DNA of 64,000 nt. It comes from Octopus vulgaris (taxonomy: Eukaryota). The notes under the pieces were generated by a model that did not search any database, was not told where the DNA came from, and worked only from the letters and a program-made list of their open reading frames with translations. Below, piece after piece: positions 40,110-53,644 of this stretch. The stretch is from positions 52,328,001 through 52,392,000 of the forward strand of contig OX597833.1 in NCBI GenBank assembly GCA_951406725.2. Direction: 5' to 3'. A program made the position numbers and the translations under genes. Each line of letters starts with the position of its first letter. The first letter of the stretch is position 1.

Positions 40110-40232
40110 TTTTGCCGAACCTCTAAATTACGGTGACGTAAACACATCAACACTGGTTGTCAGGCGGTGATGGGAAGGAACACAACACAAAGACAGACAA
40201 ACAGACACATACACACGCACACACACACGCAC

Positions 40233-40298
<66 letters not shown>

Positions 40299-40523
40299 GT
40301 TTATATATTTGTTGTGCAAGATTTTTTATGTGAAGTCGTGTGTTGAAACAGATATTGTTATATTTCGGAATGGTCATTTTGCCAGTTTAGCCAAGAAAGA
40401 AATCTGGCCGAAATAAGATTAAGATTAATGTAAAAAATAAACAACACTGAAGCAAAGTAACACCAAATATATAGTGCGTGTGTTTTTATTGGCTAAACTG
40501 GCAAAATGACCATTCCCAAATAT

Positions 40524-40620
<97 letters not shown>

Positions 40621-40780
40621 CATGTGACAGGTTTCTTTCAGTTCCCGTCTACCAAATACTCTCCTCACAAGGCTTTAGTCGGCTCGAGGCAATAGTAGAA
40701 GACACTTGCAGAAGGGCCCACGTAGTGGGACTGAACCCGGAACCATGTGGTAGGGAAGCAAGCTTCTTACACACAGCCGC
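40110..40780 (-). mobile_element. SINE B whose internal (TA)n carries an insertion with 43-bp inverted repeats
   Basis: Arms 40352-40394 and 40489-40531 (1 mismatch). SINE B sequence lies on both sides. Confidence 0.78.
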
Positions 40781-40834
40781 AATATTTTTTTAATAAAAAT
40801 GTTTGAAACCTTTAGACTATCTATCTATCTATCA

Positions 40835-40872
<38 letters not shown>

Positions 40873-40923
40873 ATATCTATCTATCTATCTGTCTCTATCA
40901 CTTTCTGTCTGTCTGTCTGTCTC

Positions 40924-40989
<66 letters not shown>

Positions 40990-41409
40990 AGTGTACATGT
41001 TTATACCTACAGCCTAAAATCACTGGATTTTTAACGTTACAGAAATATAATATACATACTCACAAAATGCACTGGTTTTGGGATTTTAATGCAAGAAATT
41101 ATTGTAATTAACCCGACGATATAACCTTTTACATCTTAATTAATTTCCGTATTTCGTATATTTCTATAATTATCTTAATTCAAGCACCTGTTATTTCGCT
41201 TGCTGTTCGAGTATCTCTTTGCATTGGTCAATTGCTTTTACAAATTACCAAAAACCCATTAATTTCACGATGCTCTCATTGTTTACCATATTTCAATTCC
41301 ATGAGAATAATTTATCTTTTATCTTTTACTCGTTTCAGTCATTTGACCACGCCCATGCTGGAGTAGTGTCTTTAAGGGCTTTATTCATTTTGACTCTATT
41401 GGCATTGTC

Positions 41410-41670
41410 AGCAAATTGACACTCGCTTTTTGGCTGTTTGGGAGGAGACAGAGACTGATTTCAAACCATGGCGTAGGTTTATGAAAAAATGTAAAGTTGT
41501 AAATGTAGAGTCAAATTGGATGAAACAGCCGTAGGAAAGAAGAAAATGCAGGACATGATCTACAAAGCGAGAACTGCCAACAGTATTCTGCAATACCTGT
41601 GGTGAGTATGAGGCATTTTGGCACAGCTGTTTGGCGCCGTCTACTTGATGTCACTGACTCGATGATGACT
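41410..41670 (+). mobile_element. Highly decayed RTE-type LINE C-terminus
   Basis: WEETETDFKPWRRFMKK...ERRKCRT*...FCNTCG resembles the RTE pattern WE.LA.DR..WR...C..CG. Followed by GATGATGAC. Confidence 0.4.
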
Positions 41671-42711
41671 TACTTGACATCAAACGTTTAATATTTTGTT
41701 CTCTTTCGTTTATATTTTCTTTCTTCTTTCCTTCCTTCCTTCCTTTCTTTCTTATTTTTCTCTATATCCATTTTCTTTCTCTTCCTTTCTCTCCTTCTCT
41801 TGAGGATGTTTTTTCTTATGTAAATAAGAATATGGAAACCAGTTATGTCAGCCGTGTTCAATTAATACATTATAAGCTCTCTTTCGTTCTTTCTCTCTCT
41901 GTCTTTCTCACACATGTACTATATCTTTCTGCGTGTTTATATTTCTGCACACATATGCACACACATGCGTATGTGTGTTAACCCCCTGTCCCAAAAAGCA
42001 CTGGCGGCAAAACAGCTTCACTGTCCAGTCAGCTGTAACAAATTGCCATCGACCAAACTGCCACAATCAACGGTCTCCATTCAACCTAAGATCAGGGTTG
42101 TGCCACTATCTTCGGTCTCCAATCCCACAAATGCGTAAAACCTAACAAAAGTAAGGAAGGTGTTCACTATTTAAAAAAAAAAAAAATAACACACGCACAC
42201 ACGAAAAAAAAAAAAAGGGCGAAGCATTTCTCCTGGTCCCAAGTCATACTTGATTACATCTGACAGCAAAGAAAAAATAAGTTGTAGATAGACAGAGAGA
42301 CTATTTGTACCCAGCCATTAGCGAGATTCAAATGACACTTCGATCGGGTCTTCGCAACACTGAAAATTTGACCATCTGCTGCTGCCTTACCCGTAGGACC
42401 ATTGAATGGAATATATCAACATAGAATTTGTTATTTTAGCAGACACTATAACAACAAAACCGCCGGCACTATTCTATATAAAATATCTTCAACATCAGTA
42501 ACGCCATTATGTTTTCCCCATTTCTGAATGTAATCGAAGTGAAAATGACTTAAGGATTCTTACTGTGTTAAAACGAAAGACATCGAAAGAAACACCTCTC
42601 TATTATAGCAATAGAAAGACTAAAGCCAGCGAGTGAGCCTCTATGTGGTCGTTCAGCCTGCTAGAAATAGCTCCCCAAACTCCTTCAAAATACAAAACAT
42701 TTGGTTATTCT

Positions 42712-42922
42712 TTCTCTCTTTTACTTGTTTCAGTCATTTTGACTGCGGCCATGCTGTCGCACCGCCTTTAGTCGAGCAAATCGACCCCGGGACTATTCTT
42801 TGTAAGCCCAGTACTTATTCTATCGGTCTCTTTTGCCGAATCGCTAGGTGACGGGGACGTAAACACACCACCATCGTTTGTCAAGCAATGCTAGGGAGAC
42901 AAACACAGACACACAAACACAT

Positions 42923-42953
<31 letters not shown>

Positions 42954-43128
42954 CATACATATATACGACAGGCTTCTTTCAGTTTCCGTCTACCAAATCC
43001 ACTCACAAGGCATTGGTCGGCCCGGGGCTATAGCAGAATACACTTGCCAAAGATGCCACGCAGTGGGACTGAACCCGGAACCATGTGGTTGGTAAGCAAG
43101 CTACTTACCACACAGCCACTCCTGCACC
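42712..43128 (-). mobile_element. SINE family B, full-length
   Basis: TTTTACTTGTTTCAGTCATT...CACAGCCACTCCTGCACC. Confidence 0.92.
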
Positions 43129-43246
43129 TATTACTGTTTCTGATTGCTATTTCTATTACAAATTACAACAGATTTCTCTCAAATTTCGATGTCATATTTT
43201 CTTAAATCCTTAAAAATAAAATAAATAAGTATATAAATAAAACATA

Positions 43247-43410
43247 GGCGCAGGATTGGCTGTGTGGTAAGTAGCTTGTCTACCAACCGCATGGTTCTGG
43301 GTTCAGTCCCACTGCGTGGCACCTTGTGTAAGTGTCTTCTACTATAGCCTCGCGCCGACCAAAGCCTTGTGAGTGGATTTGGTAGACGGAAACTGAAAGA
43401 AGCCCGTCGT

Positions 43411-43443
<33 letters not shown>

Positions 43444-43668
43444 CATGTGTGTGTTTGTGTGTCTGTGTTTGTCCCCCTAGCATTGCTTGACAACCGATGC
43501 TGGTGTGTTTATGTCCCCGTCATCTAGCGGTTCGGCAAAAGTGACCGATAGAATAAGTACTGGGCTTACAAAAAGAATAAGTTCCGGGGTCGAGTTGCTC
43601 GATTAAAGGCGGTGCTCCAGCATGGCCGCAGTCAAATGACTGAAACAAGTAAAAGAGTAAAAGAGTAA
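43247..43668 (+). mobile_element. SINE family B, full-length
   Basis: GGCGCAGGATTGGCTGTGTGG...GTAAAAGAGTAAAAGAG. Confidence 0.92.
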
Positions 43669-43839
43669 TATGGGATGTTCAGCTTCTGAGTCCTATGCAG
43701 ACAGGAATGAATAAAATGGAATGATTACGATAGAACGCCTTTATTTAGATCAGACTGACCATGGGCTAAACAACACTGACAGCAGCACCAGCAGCAGCAA
43801 TAACAGCAACGAGCATAATAATAATAATAATAATAATTT

Positions 43840-44010
43840 TTTTCTACTCTAGACATGAGGCCCGAAATTTTGGGGGAGGGGGCCAGTCGATTAGATCGAC
43901 TCCAATACGCAACTGGTACTTAATTTATCGACCCCGAAAGGATGAAAGTCAAAGTCGACCACGGCGAAATTAGAACTCAGAACGTAAAAGAGAGACGAAA
44001 TACCACTATA
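43840..44010 (-). mobile_element. SINE A, subfamily with CCCCCAAAATTTC.GGCCT tail
   Basis: GAGGCCCGAAATTTTGGGGGAGG...CCCCGAAAGGATGAAAG. Confidence 0.8.
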
Positions 44011-44117
44011 TCGCGTGTGGTGGATGGATCTTCAAGTTGCCACACGCATTCTTAGTAGCTTAGAGTAGGCTCGAATTAGAGGTTATTCTTTGTGGCTAAT
44101 GGTGTGAGTCCTGATTG

Positions 44118-44205
44118 GAAGAAGAAGAAGAAGAAGAAGAAGAAGAAGAAGAAGAAGAAGAAGAAGAAGAAGAAGAAGAAGAAGAAGAAGAAAAAGAAGA
44201 AGAAG
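44118..44205. repeat. (AAG)n microsatellite
   Basis: Directly visible. Confidence 0.97.
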
Positions 44206-44905
44206 GTACAATGTCTCATATTTGGATGTAGGTATAGCCCAAAAGTTCAACCCCAGTATTTCACTGGCACTTTATTTTATCAAACCTCATATGGATACAA
44301 TCAATGGAACACAGCCAAATGCTACAGAATGTTTTGTCCAATGATATACTTTTCCTTCTGACCATTCATACTTTCGTTTCTGCTTTTTTTTCTGTGGTTT
44401 AGTTAGGGAATAAAGGTAATCTCCAACGATCCTTATTTTATGAATGCTTTCGATACTGACTGGAATAATGGAGGGAATGTTCCTGAAGCCAAAGTCCTAG
44501 TCCGGATGTTTGCAATTAGGTGAACCCCAGTAAAGTTCCCCCCAAGGACTTAGAATACCACCCAAGTGTTTGGTATAGAAAGGACTGAAACAAATAGCAA
44601 AATACTCTGCTGCACTAAAATTCCAATAATCTGTCGGTCTGGATTGGTACTTTATTTTGTGGACACCGCAAAAAGTGGAAAATCAAAGTTGATTTCAGCG
44701 AGTTTCGAACTCAGAGCATAAAGAACCGGAATGAATATGATAATTAAATTCTGCCAACCTTGGATGCCGGACTAGGTTTTTTACATTGACCCCGAGAGGA
44801 TGAGAAAGCTAAAGTTAATTTCGCTGGAATTTGATCTCAGAGTCCAGGGAGCCGAAATACAACAACTAACAATTCCACCAAGCAATGGGCCCTGACTAGT
44901 ATTTT

Positions 44906-45299
44906 CGAATCTTTTCGGTTTGAACGGCATTTTTTTCTAGCGATGTCATGAAATTGTCACCCATAATTATGACCCTAGTATCGATCTATTACATTTCAAT
45001 CTGTTTTAGGGTTAGGGCTAGTTAGGTTTAGGGTTAATAAACCCAATCTATTTCTTAAACGAGGGACATATTCATACGGCACAGAATTTTTTTTTTTACC
45101 TCAATGGACATAATTGATTGGTTGAAATTGCAGAAATTGAAAAAAAAAACAACAAATATCTTACAAACTATAGAATTTTTTCAATAAAGCCAAGAGAAAA
45201 GGATGTTTTATAAACACATTCTATCAGTATACGAAGTTTAAAATTTTTTAGTTACCTAGAAATTATGTTAAAAACTGCCGTTCAAACCGAAAAGATCTG
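44906..45299 (+). mobile_element. MITE with ~21-bp TIRs and internal TTAGGG-like repeats
   Basis: ATCTTTTCGGTTTGAACGGCA / TGCCGTTCAAACCGAAAAGAT; TTAGGGTTAGGG at ~45005-45035. Confidence 0.85.
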
Positions 45300-46267
45300 C
45301 ATTTTCTTTATTGGATCCCGAAACGATGAAGAAAGCAAAATTGACCTCGACAGCATTTGAACACCAAGTGCACAGAGCCAGGATAAATGCAACTAAGAAT
45401 TACACTAGCCCACCGTTCTGGACAAGTATTTTTCTTCATGGAGCGTGAGACGATGGAAAAGCAAAGTTGACCTCGGCGGGATTTCAACTCAGTGTGTAGA
45501 GATCCGTAACAAATATCACCCGGCATTTTCTTCAGCGTTCTATCGACTGTGGAGTTAATATCAAGAAGTGGAAGCGAGTGTATTCGTATATAGTGTATGT
45601 GTTTGTGTACGCGAACCTTTCTTAGTTTGAAGTTTAACTCCTCTGTTTTCATGCTGTTCTAAGGGCTCAGTTATGTATTGGCTTCGTATTTCTCGGTTCT
45701 GGCAGTGAAGTGCATGAACACCCAGAGACGGAGACGAGTCAGAAGACGCAGGGTGGATCGGTGTATCATTTTGAGCAGAGCAGAACGGAACAGTTTGATG
45801 ACATTTGAAATGTTGTGAATATCCCGAGGGTGGTACAGAGATGTCTATATGAGAGTCAGATCTTGAGAATGTGTGTGGTAGGGATATGGTGAAGGCCTGC
45901 CACGACACACGTTTATTTTTCGGCCTCCATGTCGTCTAAGGAACTTTGACATTAGACGTTTGTTTTGGTTTAGCCATAGGGAGGATGGCTGCCTCTCAAT
46001 TCACCTTTATCTGTTCCGGGGTGGGATTAGTACCAGCAGGTTGCAAACGTATATCTAAAATCTAAGAGAAGAGAATGGCATTTTCTCAATTGAGAGATGA
46101 ATAAAGGGAGAAGAAAGAAGAGGGGGTGAGAGGGAAAAAATTTACGCGCCTGTGTGTGTTTGGGGGTATGAATGTCTGAGATGCGGGGTGGGGCAAGAGA
46201 AAAACACAGAAGACGGAATACATCCGTGCTTGTATTGTGAATAAAAGTACTATGTAAAGGTCTACCA

Positions 46268-46336
<69 letters not shown>

Positions 46337-46360
46337 CTACCTACCTACCTACCTACCTAC

Positions 46361-46405
<45 letters not shown>

Positions 46406-46442
46406 CATCCATCCATCTATTTATATATCTATCCATCCACCT

Positions 46443-46504
<62 letters not shown>

Positions 46505-47259
46505 AGCTATCTATATATCCAGCTATCTATATATCCACCTATCTATATATCCACCAGTACACACGCACACACACCCATGTGTTGGATAGAATAACAATAA
46601 CAAACAGTGAAAAGAAAGAAAGATGTAATGAAGATAAAAACAAAGAGAATAGAAAAGAGCATCACCAGCACCATGAATATTATTCTGGCCAAACCAACAG
46701 AGCAGTGTGGCGGGAGGTAGACATGAACCAACGAAGGAAACATTATATATATGTGTTGCGTGATTGTTTTCACTCAGTAAAAATACTGGCAGGATGAGCA
46801 ACGATACAGAGAGGGCGGTGTTTATAGAAAGTCGTTCCTATCCAAATATGTTTGGGTTTTTTTTTTTGTGTATGTATTTTAGTTTTTAGTCTAGAGAAAG
46901 TGAAGAAACTGCATGATGTCTTCTATTCACCTCATGGAAAGAATGTCTTGGAAATTTGGGGAAAATTTTAAGATTAATTTTTAGCACGAAATGTAGTTTG
47001 GTTTTTTGATTTAGAGTTGAAGAATAATAACTGTTAAGTTCCAAGCAAAACCCCTTCGTAGAGTGGGTAAATCTCGCAAAAGTTGGTCTGGAGCCTGTGT
47101 TCGAATAACCTGACAAAAAAGGTATCCTTAAATTTGGTTTCCTTTAATATTCTAAAATTATTTAGCATCTTATTTAATCTGCTTGCTTCCCTTCGGAGTA
47201 TCTGAACCCGGACACTTATCACACGGTGGTAGCAGGATTATTTAAATTATTTAAAGATG

Positions 47260-47693
47260 GGGATTTTTTCGGTTGGACCGGCATTTTTTTTTAATAATTT
47301 CCACGTAACTAAAAAAATTTAAATTTCGTATACTGGTAGAATGTGTTTATAAAACATCATTTTCTCTTGGCTTTATTGAGAAAATTCTATAGTTTGTAAG
47401 ATATTTGCTGTTTTTCTTCAATTTCTGCAATTTCAACCAATCAATGACGTCTATTGAGGTGAAAACATTCTGTGCCGTTTGAAAATGTCCCTCATTTAAG
47501 AAACAGATTGGGTTCATTTACATTTCTGAAGAAAAAAAGATACCCTTCCCTCACTCCTAACCCTAACCCTAACTCTAACCCTAACCCTAAAACAGATTGA
47601 AATGCAATAGATCGATACTAGGGTCGTAATTATGGGTGACAATTTCATATGACACCGCTAGAAAAAAACTGCCGTTCAAACCAAAAGGATCCA
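47260..47693 (-). mobile_element. Second copy of the same MITE, in opposite orientation
   Basis: GGATTTTTTCGGTTGGACCGGCA / TGCCGTTCAAACCAAAAGGATCC; (CCCTAA)n at ~47557-47590. Confidence 0.85.
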
Positions 47694-48312
47694 TAGATGT
47701 TACCTAGCTCAAGGTCAGTTCTAGATCATCGGGCCAAAGGAAGGTAGGTAGTCGACTGGATAAAAACGGCTGGTTGCATTCTAACACATTTTTGCTGCTC
47801 TTTCTAACAGGGCTGTGTCAACCTAAAAATGTCCACATTAGATCACGTTTTCTCATTGGGATTAACCACATTGGAATTAAGGTACTACTTAATGCTGAAA
47901 AGGTACCTAGGTATTTAAATGTGATTCCAGCCTCTCTTTTCGTCCTTCTGAATAACCGTGTGCTCACACAGATGAGAAGATATTATACAGCAGAGTACCC
48001 TTTCCTGGTTCTAGACTTTACATTGAAGTACCCAGAACATAAGAATCTGGAATTTGGAAGTTTAGAAGATAACTTCAAGCCAGCATCAGAAGGAAATTCG
48101 AAGTAAAAAGGTTTCGAATCCGATCATATTGTTCAATGTTTAATGAGGAAACAATAAACCTCAGTCTCTCTTCCGGGACCTGAAAATGCTCAACTCTGAC
48201 TGACGGCAAACACATTTCTTTTATTTGAGGATATTCTTACTCAAGGAAAACAGTTCAGCATTGCGAGAAGGAAAATAAATGATCCACCATAGACATATTC
48301 AACTTCGTAGAT

Positions 48313-48850
48313 ATCCTCCACCTCCTCCTCCTCCTCCTCCTCCTCATCATCATCATCATCGTCGTCATCATCATCATCATCATCATCATCGTCATCATCG
48401 TCGTCGTCGTCATCATCATCATCATCATCATCGTCATCATCATCGTCATCGTCATCATCAACATCATCATCGTCATCATCATCCTCAACCTCCTCCTCCC
48501 CTTCTCCTCCTCCTCATCATAACTATCATCCTCCTTCTCATTATTACCATTATCACCATCTTCATTATCAGCGTAACCAACATAACCATCATCATCGTCG
48601 TCGTCGCTGTCGTCGTCATCATCGTCGTCGTCATCATAATTATCATCATCATCATTATCACCATTCCACCATTATCATCTTCATCATCACTGGCACCGAC
48701 ACCAGCATCACAACCAGCATCAACACAAACCCCATCATCGTCATCAACATCATCATCATCATCATCATAATCATCATCATCATCATCTGAATTAATATCA
48801 TTATAATCGTCATCATGATCACGACCACCACCATCCACAGTAGCATCATC
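48313..48850. repeat. (CCT)n/(CAT)n/(CGT)n compound tract
   Basis: Directly visible. Confidence 0.95.
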
Positions 48851-49295
48851 TTCGTTTTATTTCTGTCCTTCTATTATGTTCTCTCATTCTGTTGTTGTTG
48901 TTGTTGTTGTTGCCCCATGTTTACTTAACCGTCCACCACGACATATTCATTGAGCCAGTAAAATTAAAAAGAAAAAAAAAACTTTTTTTTCTTTTCCCCT
49001 ACCCTGTTCAATTCATTTCAGTGAACTCAGTTCATAAGTCTAGGCTTGTCGATCGTGTGGAAACACCTTTCAAAATACAACGTACACAGTATAAGACAAA
49101 AAAACCTGAACCCCGATCTTTTTTTTTTTGCTTTTTTGAAGAGAGGGGTTTAACGAAAACGAAAAAAGAAATGTATAGTCAAAGGTCTTTTCTTTTTCGT
49201 TTATATTTCAGCTTTAACTTTATATTTAACAATGTTTCACAGAAAATATTGCTCCCTCTTGTTCTCTCTCTGTTTTTTTTCTGTCCATTATCTGT

Positions 49296-49344
<49 letters not shown>

Positions 49345-49392
49345 ACACACTCTTCTTCTTCGCGCTTCTTCTATTATTATAATATCATTGTT

Positions 49393-50490
49393 CGTTAGCA
49401 CGCCGGGTAAAATGGCTTTTCGTCCATCCTTACGTTCTGAGTTCAAATTACGCCGAGGTCGACTTTCCTTTTCATCCTTTCGGGGTCGATAAATTAAGTA
49501 CTAGGGAAACACTGGACTGGGGTCAATGTAATCGACTAGTCCCCCTCTCCCCAAATTTCAGGCCTTGTGCCTATAATTGAAAGGATTATTATATCATTAT
49601 TGTTCAGGCGGCGAGCTGGCAGAATCATTAGCACGCCGGACAAAATGCTTTGCGGCATTTCATCCGTCTTTATGTTCTGAGTTCAAACTCTTCCGAGGTC
49701 GACTTGCCTTTCATCTTTTCGGGGTCAATGTATTTATGTACCAGTTGAGTACTGGGGTCAATGTAAACAACTAGTCCCTTCCCCAAAAATTTCAGGCCTT
49801 GTGCCTAGAGTAGAAAGAATTATAATTTTTAAGGCGGCGAGCTGGCTGAACTGTTGGCACGCCGGATGAAATGCTTAGCGCCATTTCGTCCATCCTTATG
49901 TTCTGAGTTCAATTCGACCTTGCCTTTCATCCTTTCGAGATCGATAAATTAAGTACCGGTGAAACACTGGGGTCGATGTAATTGAAAAGTCTCCTTCCCT
50001 GAAAAGTCAGGCATTGTGCCTTTAGTAGAAATGATTATTCGATTATTATTGTTAACATAAGGAAGGCGGCGATCTAGCAGAATCGTTAGCACGTCGGACG
50101 AAATGCCTAGAGGTATTTCGTCTGTCTTCACGTTCTGAGTTCAAATGCCGCCGGAGTCGACTTTGCCTTTCATCCTTACTTGGTGGATAAACTAAGTACC
50201 AGTTACACACTGGGGTCCATGTAATCGATTCATCATCTCCCCCAAAATTTCAGGCCTTGTGCCCATAGTAGAAAGGTTTATTGTTATGATAAAGTGGCGT
50301 GCTGGCGGAACCGTTAGTACGCCGGACACAATACTTACCGGCATTTCGTTTGACCTCACGTTCTGAGTTCAAATTCCGCCGAGGTCAACTTGACTTTCAA
50401 TCATTTGGGGGTCGATAGATTAAGCACCAGTGACACACTGGGGTCGATCTCATCGGCTTATACCCTCCACTGCAATTGCTGGCCTTGGGG
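49393..50490 (+). mobile_element. Head-to-tail cluster of five diverged SINE A copies (alternative tail)
   Basis: Heads near 49393, 49607, 49833, 50065 and 50295. Each has GTTCTGAGTTCAA and a tail like AAATTTCAGGCCTTGTGCC. Confidence 0.87.
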
Positions 50491-51240
50491 CAAAATCTTG
50501 AAACCATTATGTACTTATCACTGCTCTGTTTTAATCCTTCATTTACAGTTTTCCTCCACAATGAAAATTAATTCGTATTCCTATTTTTTTTTTTTTTTTT
50601 TGGTGCTTTTCCCCCTAAATGTAATTTTCATTCTAATTTGTTTTTATCCCTCACCGGCTGTGTCTCCTTTTAAAGCTTACACTGAAGACCCACATATGAC
50701 AGTGGACAGTGAACAGGGCTACAGTGATATAGTTGTGAAAGACCTCGCTCTCTAACCAATCTAGAAATAATAATTTTAAAAGAAAATAAAAGCCAGCAGC
50801 TAAAAAAACAAACCGGTATAGGGCCGTCCATCAGCTGGAACTTGGATCGATAAAGTCGAAAGCAAAAATCACCATTCTCTTTAAATCAGCCATATTCTCC
50901 ACTGCCCTTCTGCCCCCTACTTCGTTTTTATCTTTGTTTCCTTTTTTTTTTCGTTCAATTTCATTATTTCTTCCTCTGTCTGTAAACCGTTCTTTAAATT
51001 TTGCCACCATTTAATCTTTTGCTGTGTCTCGTATGCACAATATACCATTGAGCAAGCCATGAACATCTCACTCTCCCAGTTTCACGTTTCTCCTTCTATA
51101 TTTCATGATTAACTTCTTTTAATCCCTGAACTGCGGTTATGCTGGGGCATCACCTGGAAGGGTTTTAGTTGAACAAATTGACCTCGGTTGTCAGTCGGTG
51201 GGTTGGGGGTTGTTTCACACACCCACACACAAACACATGT

Positions 51241-51312
<72 letters not shown>

Positions 51313-51519
51313 CAATAAGAAAATGGAGGAGAACAATAGGTGGTTCATCAACTTTTAGACATTATATTATATTAACTTATTTATATATTTACTAAACTGA
51401 TAATTACAATAATATACATACATATATCATATTATGCTTTACATATAAGATATAAGATATAAAATATAGTAATATATAAGGATACCAGTAATTATAAAAA
51501 ACATGAATATATATTGGGA

Positions 51520-51560
<41 letters not shown>

Positions 51561-51571
51561 TAGATATATAG

Positions 51572-51604
<33 letters not shown>

Positions 51605-51824
51605 CTAGAGCTCACTTTATCCAAACCATTTTAGAATTACAGTTCCTAAGATTCATCAGAAAACTGATCATTTTGCCTGGTTAACATGGGGCGAGTGTTG
51701 ATTCTAAACATCTCATCCTTCATGCTGGATAAACTCAGATATTTGAAATTTATTGGTTTTCATTATTCTGTTATCAAAATGTTACTCAGTTTTTCTTTAT
51801 TTTTCTTATTTAGTCCTAAATATA

Positions 51825-52005
51825 GCCGCAGGAGTGGCTGTGTGGTGAGAAGCTTGCTTCCCAACCACATGGAACAGGGTTCAACCCTTGGGTAAGTGTC
51901 TTCTACTATAACCTGAAGCCACCAAAGCATTGCGAGTGGATTTGGTAGAGGGAAACTGAAAGAAGCCCATCGTTTATATATATATATGTATGTATATACA
52001 CACAA

Positions 52006-52086
<81 letters not shown>

Positions 52087-52310
52087 TACACACACTTATA
52101 TATGTATATATTTGTGTGTTTGCCTCCTCCCCACCATCGCTTGACAACCGATATCGGTGTGTGTACCTCCCCGCAACGTAGCGGTTCAGCAAGAGAGACA
52201 GATAGAATAAGTACTAGGCTTACCAAGAATAAGTCCTCGAGTTGATTTGTTCGACTAAAGGCAGTGCTCCACCATGATAGCAGTCAAATGACTGAAACGA
52301 GTAAAATAAT
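51825..52310 (+). mobile_element. SINE family B
   Basis: GCCGCAGGAGTGGCTGTGTGG...CAGTCAAATGACTGAAAC. Confidence 0.88.
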
Positions 52311-52312
52311 GA

Positions 52313-52382
<70 letters not shown>

Positions 52383-52594
52383 TATATATATATATATATA
52401 TTTAACGGGCTTCCACACAGTTTCTGTCTCCGAAATTAACTGGGCCTGGGGTTTAGAACACATTTTCCCAGCATGGTGCAGTAGGGTCGAACTTGCAACT
52501 ACCTGATTTGTTTTAGTAAATACAATAGAATAAATAGTCAACTGTCCGTTTTTAATGATATTCGGTTGATATACTTCTGTACTATATGTAAAAG

Positions 52595-53010
52595 GACTAA
52601 AATTTTGGAGAAGGCGGCTAGTCGATTACATCGACCCAATTGCTCAACTAGTACTTATTTTTTCGACCCTGAAAGGATGAAAGGAAAAGTCGACCCTGGC
52701 GGAATTTGAACTAAGAATGTAAAGATGGACGAAGTACCGCTAAACATTTTATCCGGCGTGCTGAAGATTTTGCCAGCATGCCGCTTTATAATAATAATTA
52801 TTTCAAATTTTTGCCGAAAGGGCAGCTTGGGGGAGTTGGGGACGAGTCGATTACATTGACCCCAGTGTTCAACAGGTACCTATTTCATCGACCCCGAAAG
52901 AACGAAAGGCAAAGTCGACCTCGACAAAATTTGAAGTCACAGAGTAAAGACGGACAAAATACCGCTAAGCATTTTGTCCGGCATACTAAAGGTCCTACCA
53001 GCTAGTCACC
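52595..53010 (-). mobile_element. Two diverged SINE A copies in tandem
   Basis: GTCGATTACAT...GAAAGG.AAAGTCGACC occurs twice. Confidence 0.82.
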
Positions 53011-53235
53011 TTATACTTGGTTGATATTAGATCCTCATGACCACTGTTGAGACACTTCCGCTGTCCCTTTGTCAGTTGTTCCTTCCGTTTTGGTAGTAGT
53101 TAATATTTTGTTTGTTTGTGTTAGGTTCAAGGATGGTAGGACCTTCTCTGATCATATCTGACGCCCACACCACCCACCGAACGCATCATTTCACCTCCTA
53201 CAATGCCTGCTGTTCCTTGTGTCCTATCATTACTG

Positions 53236-53560
53236 ACCCACCATTACCACTACTACAACCGGCACCACCACCACCTCCACCACCACCACCTCCACCACCA
53301 GCACCACCAGCACCAGCACCATCACCACCACCACCACCACCACCACTACCACCAGCACCATCACCACCACCAGCACCAACACCACCACCACCACCACCAC
53401 CACCTACACCACCACCACCACCACCACCGTCACCACCACAACTACCACCTACACCACCGGCACCACCACCACCACCACCACCACCACCACCACAACAACA
53501 ACAACCACAACCACAACCACAATTACCACCACCACCACCGTCACCACCATCGCCACCACT
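53236..53560. repeat. (CCA)n tract
   Basis: Directly visible. Confidence 0.95.
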
Positions 53561-53644
53561 TGCCCTTCAGCTTCTGATACCATTCTCATGCCATTATTGT
53601 CTTCTCTGTTTAGTCTTGGTCTTACGTCCAGAAACTTCCCCCAT

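Noticed and set aside
41510-41606. Possible exon ending in TG|GTGAGT
   Set aside because: Weak acceptor, and another frame resembles a decayed RTE C-terminus.
45600-47230. Non-repetitive stretches with a minus-strand LLTRLRL motif and short ORFs
   Set aside because: Suggestive of an old LINE but too decayed to classify.
47774-48106. 110-aa non-repetitive ORF
   Set aside because: No ATG start, clear splice signals or recognisable domain; only a faint resemblance to decayed retroelement RT.
51610-51665. Minus-strand CTGATGA followed by a weak stem
   Set aside because: No GAAA and no convincing stems.
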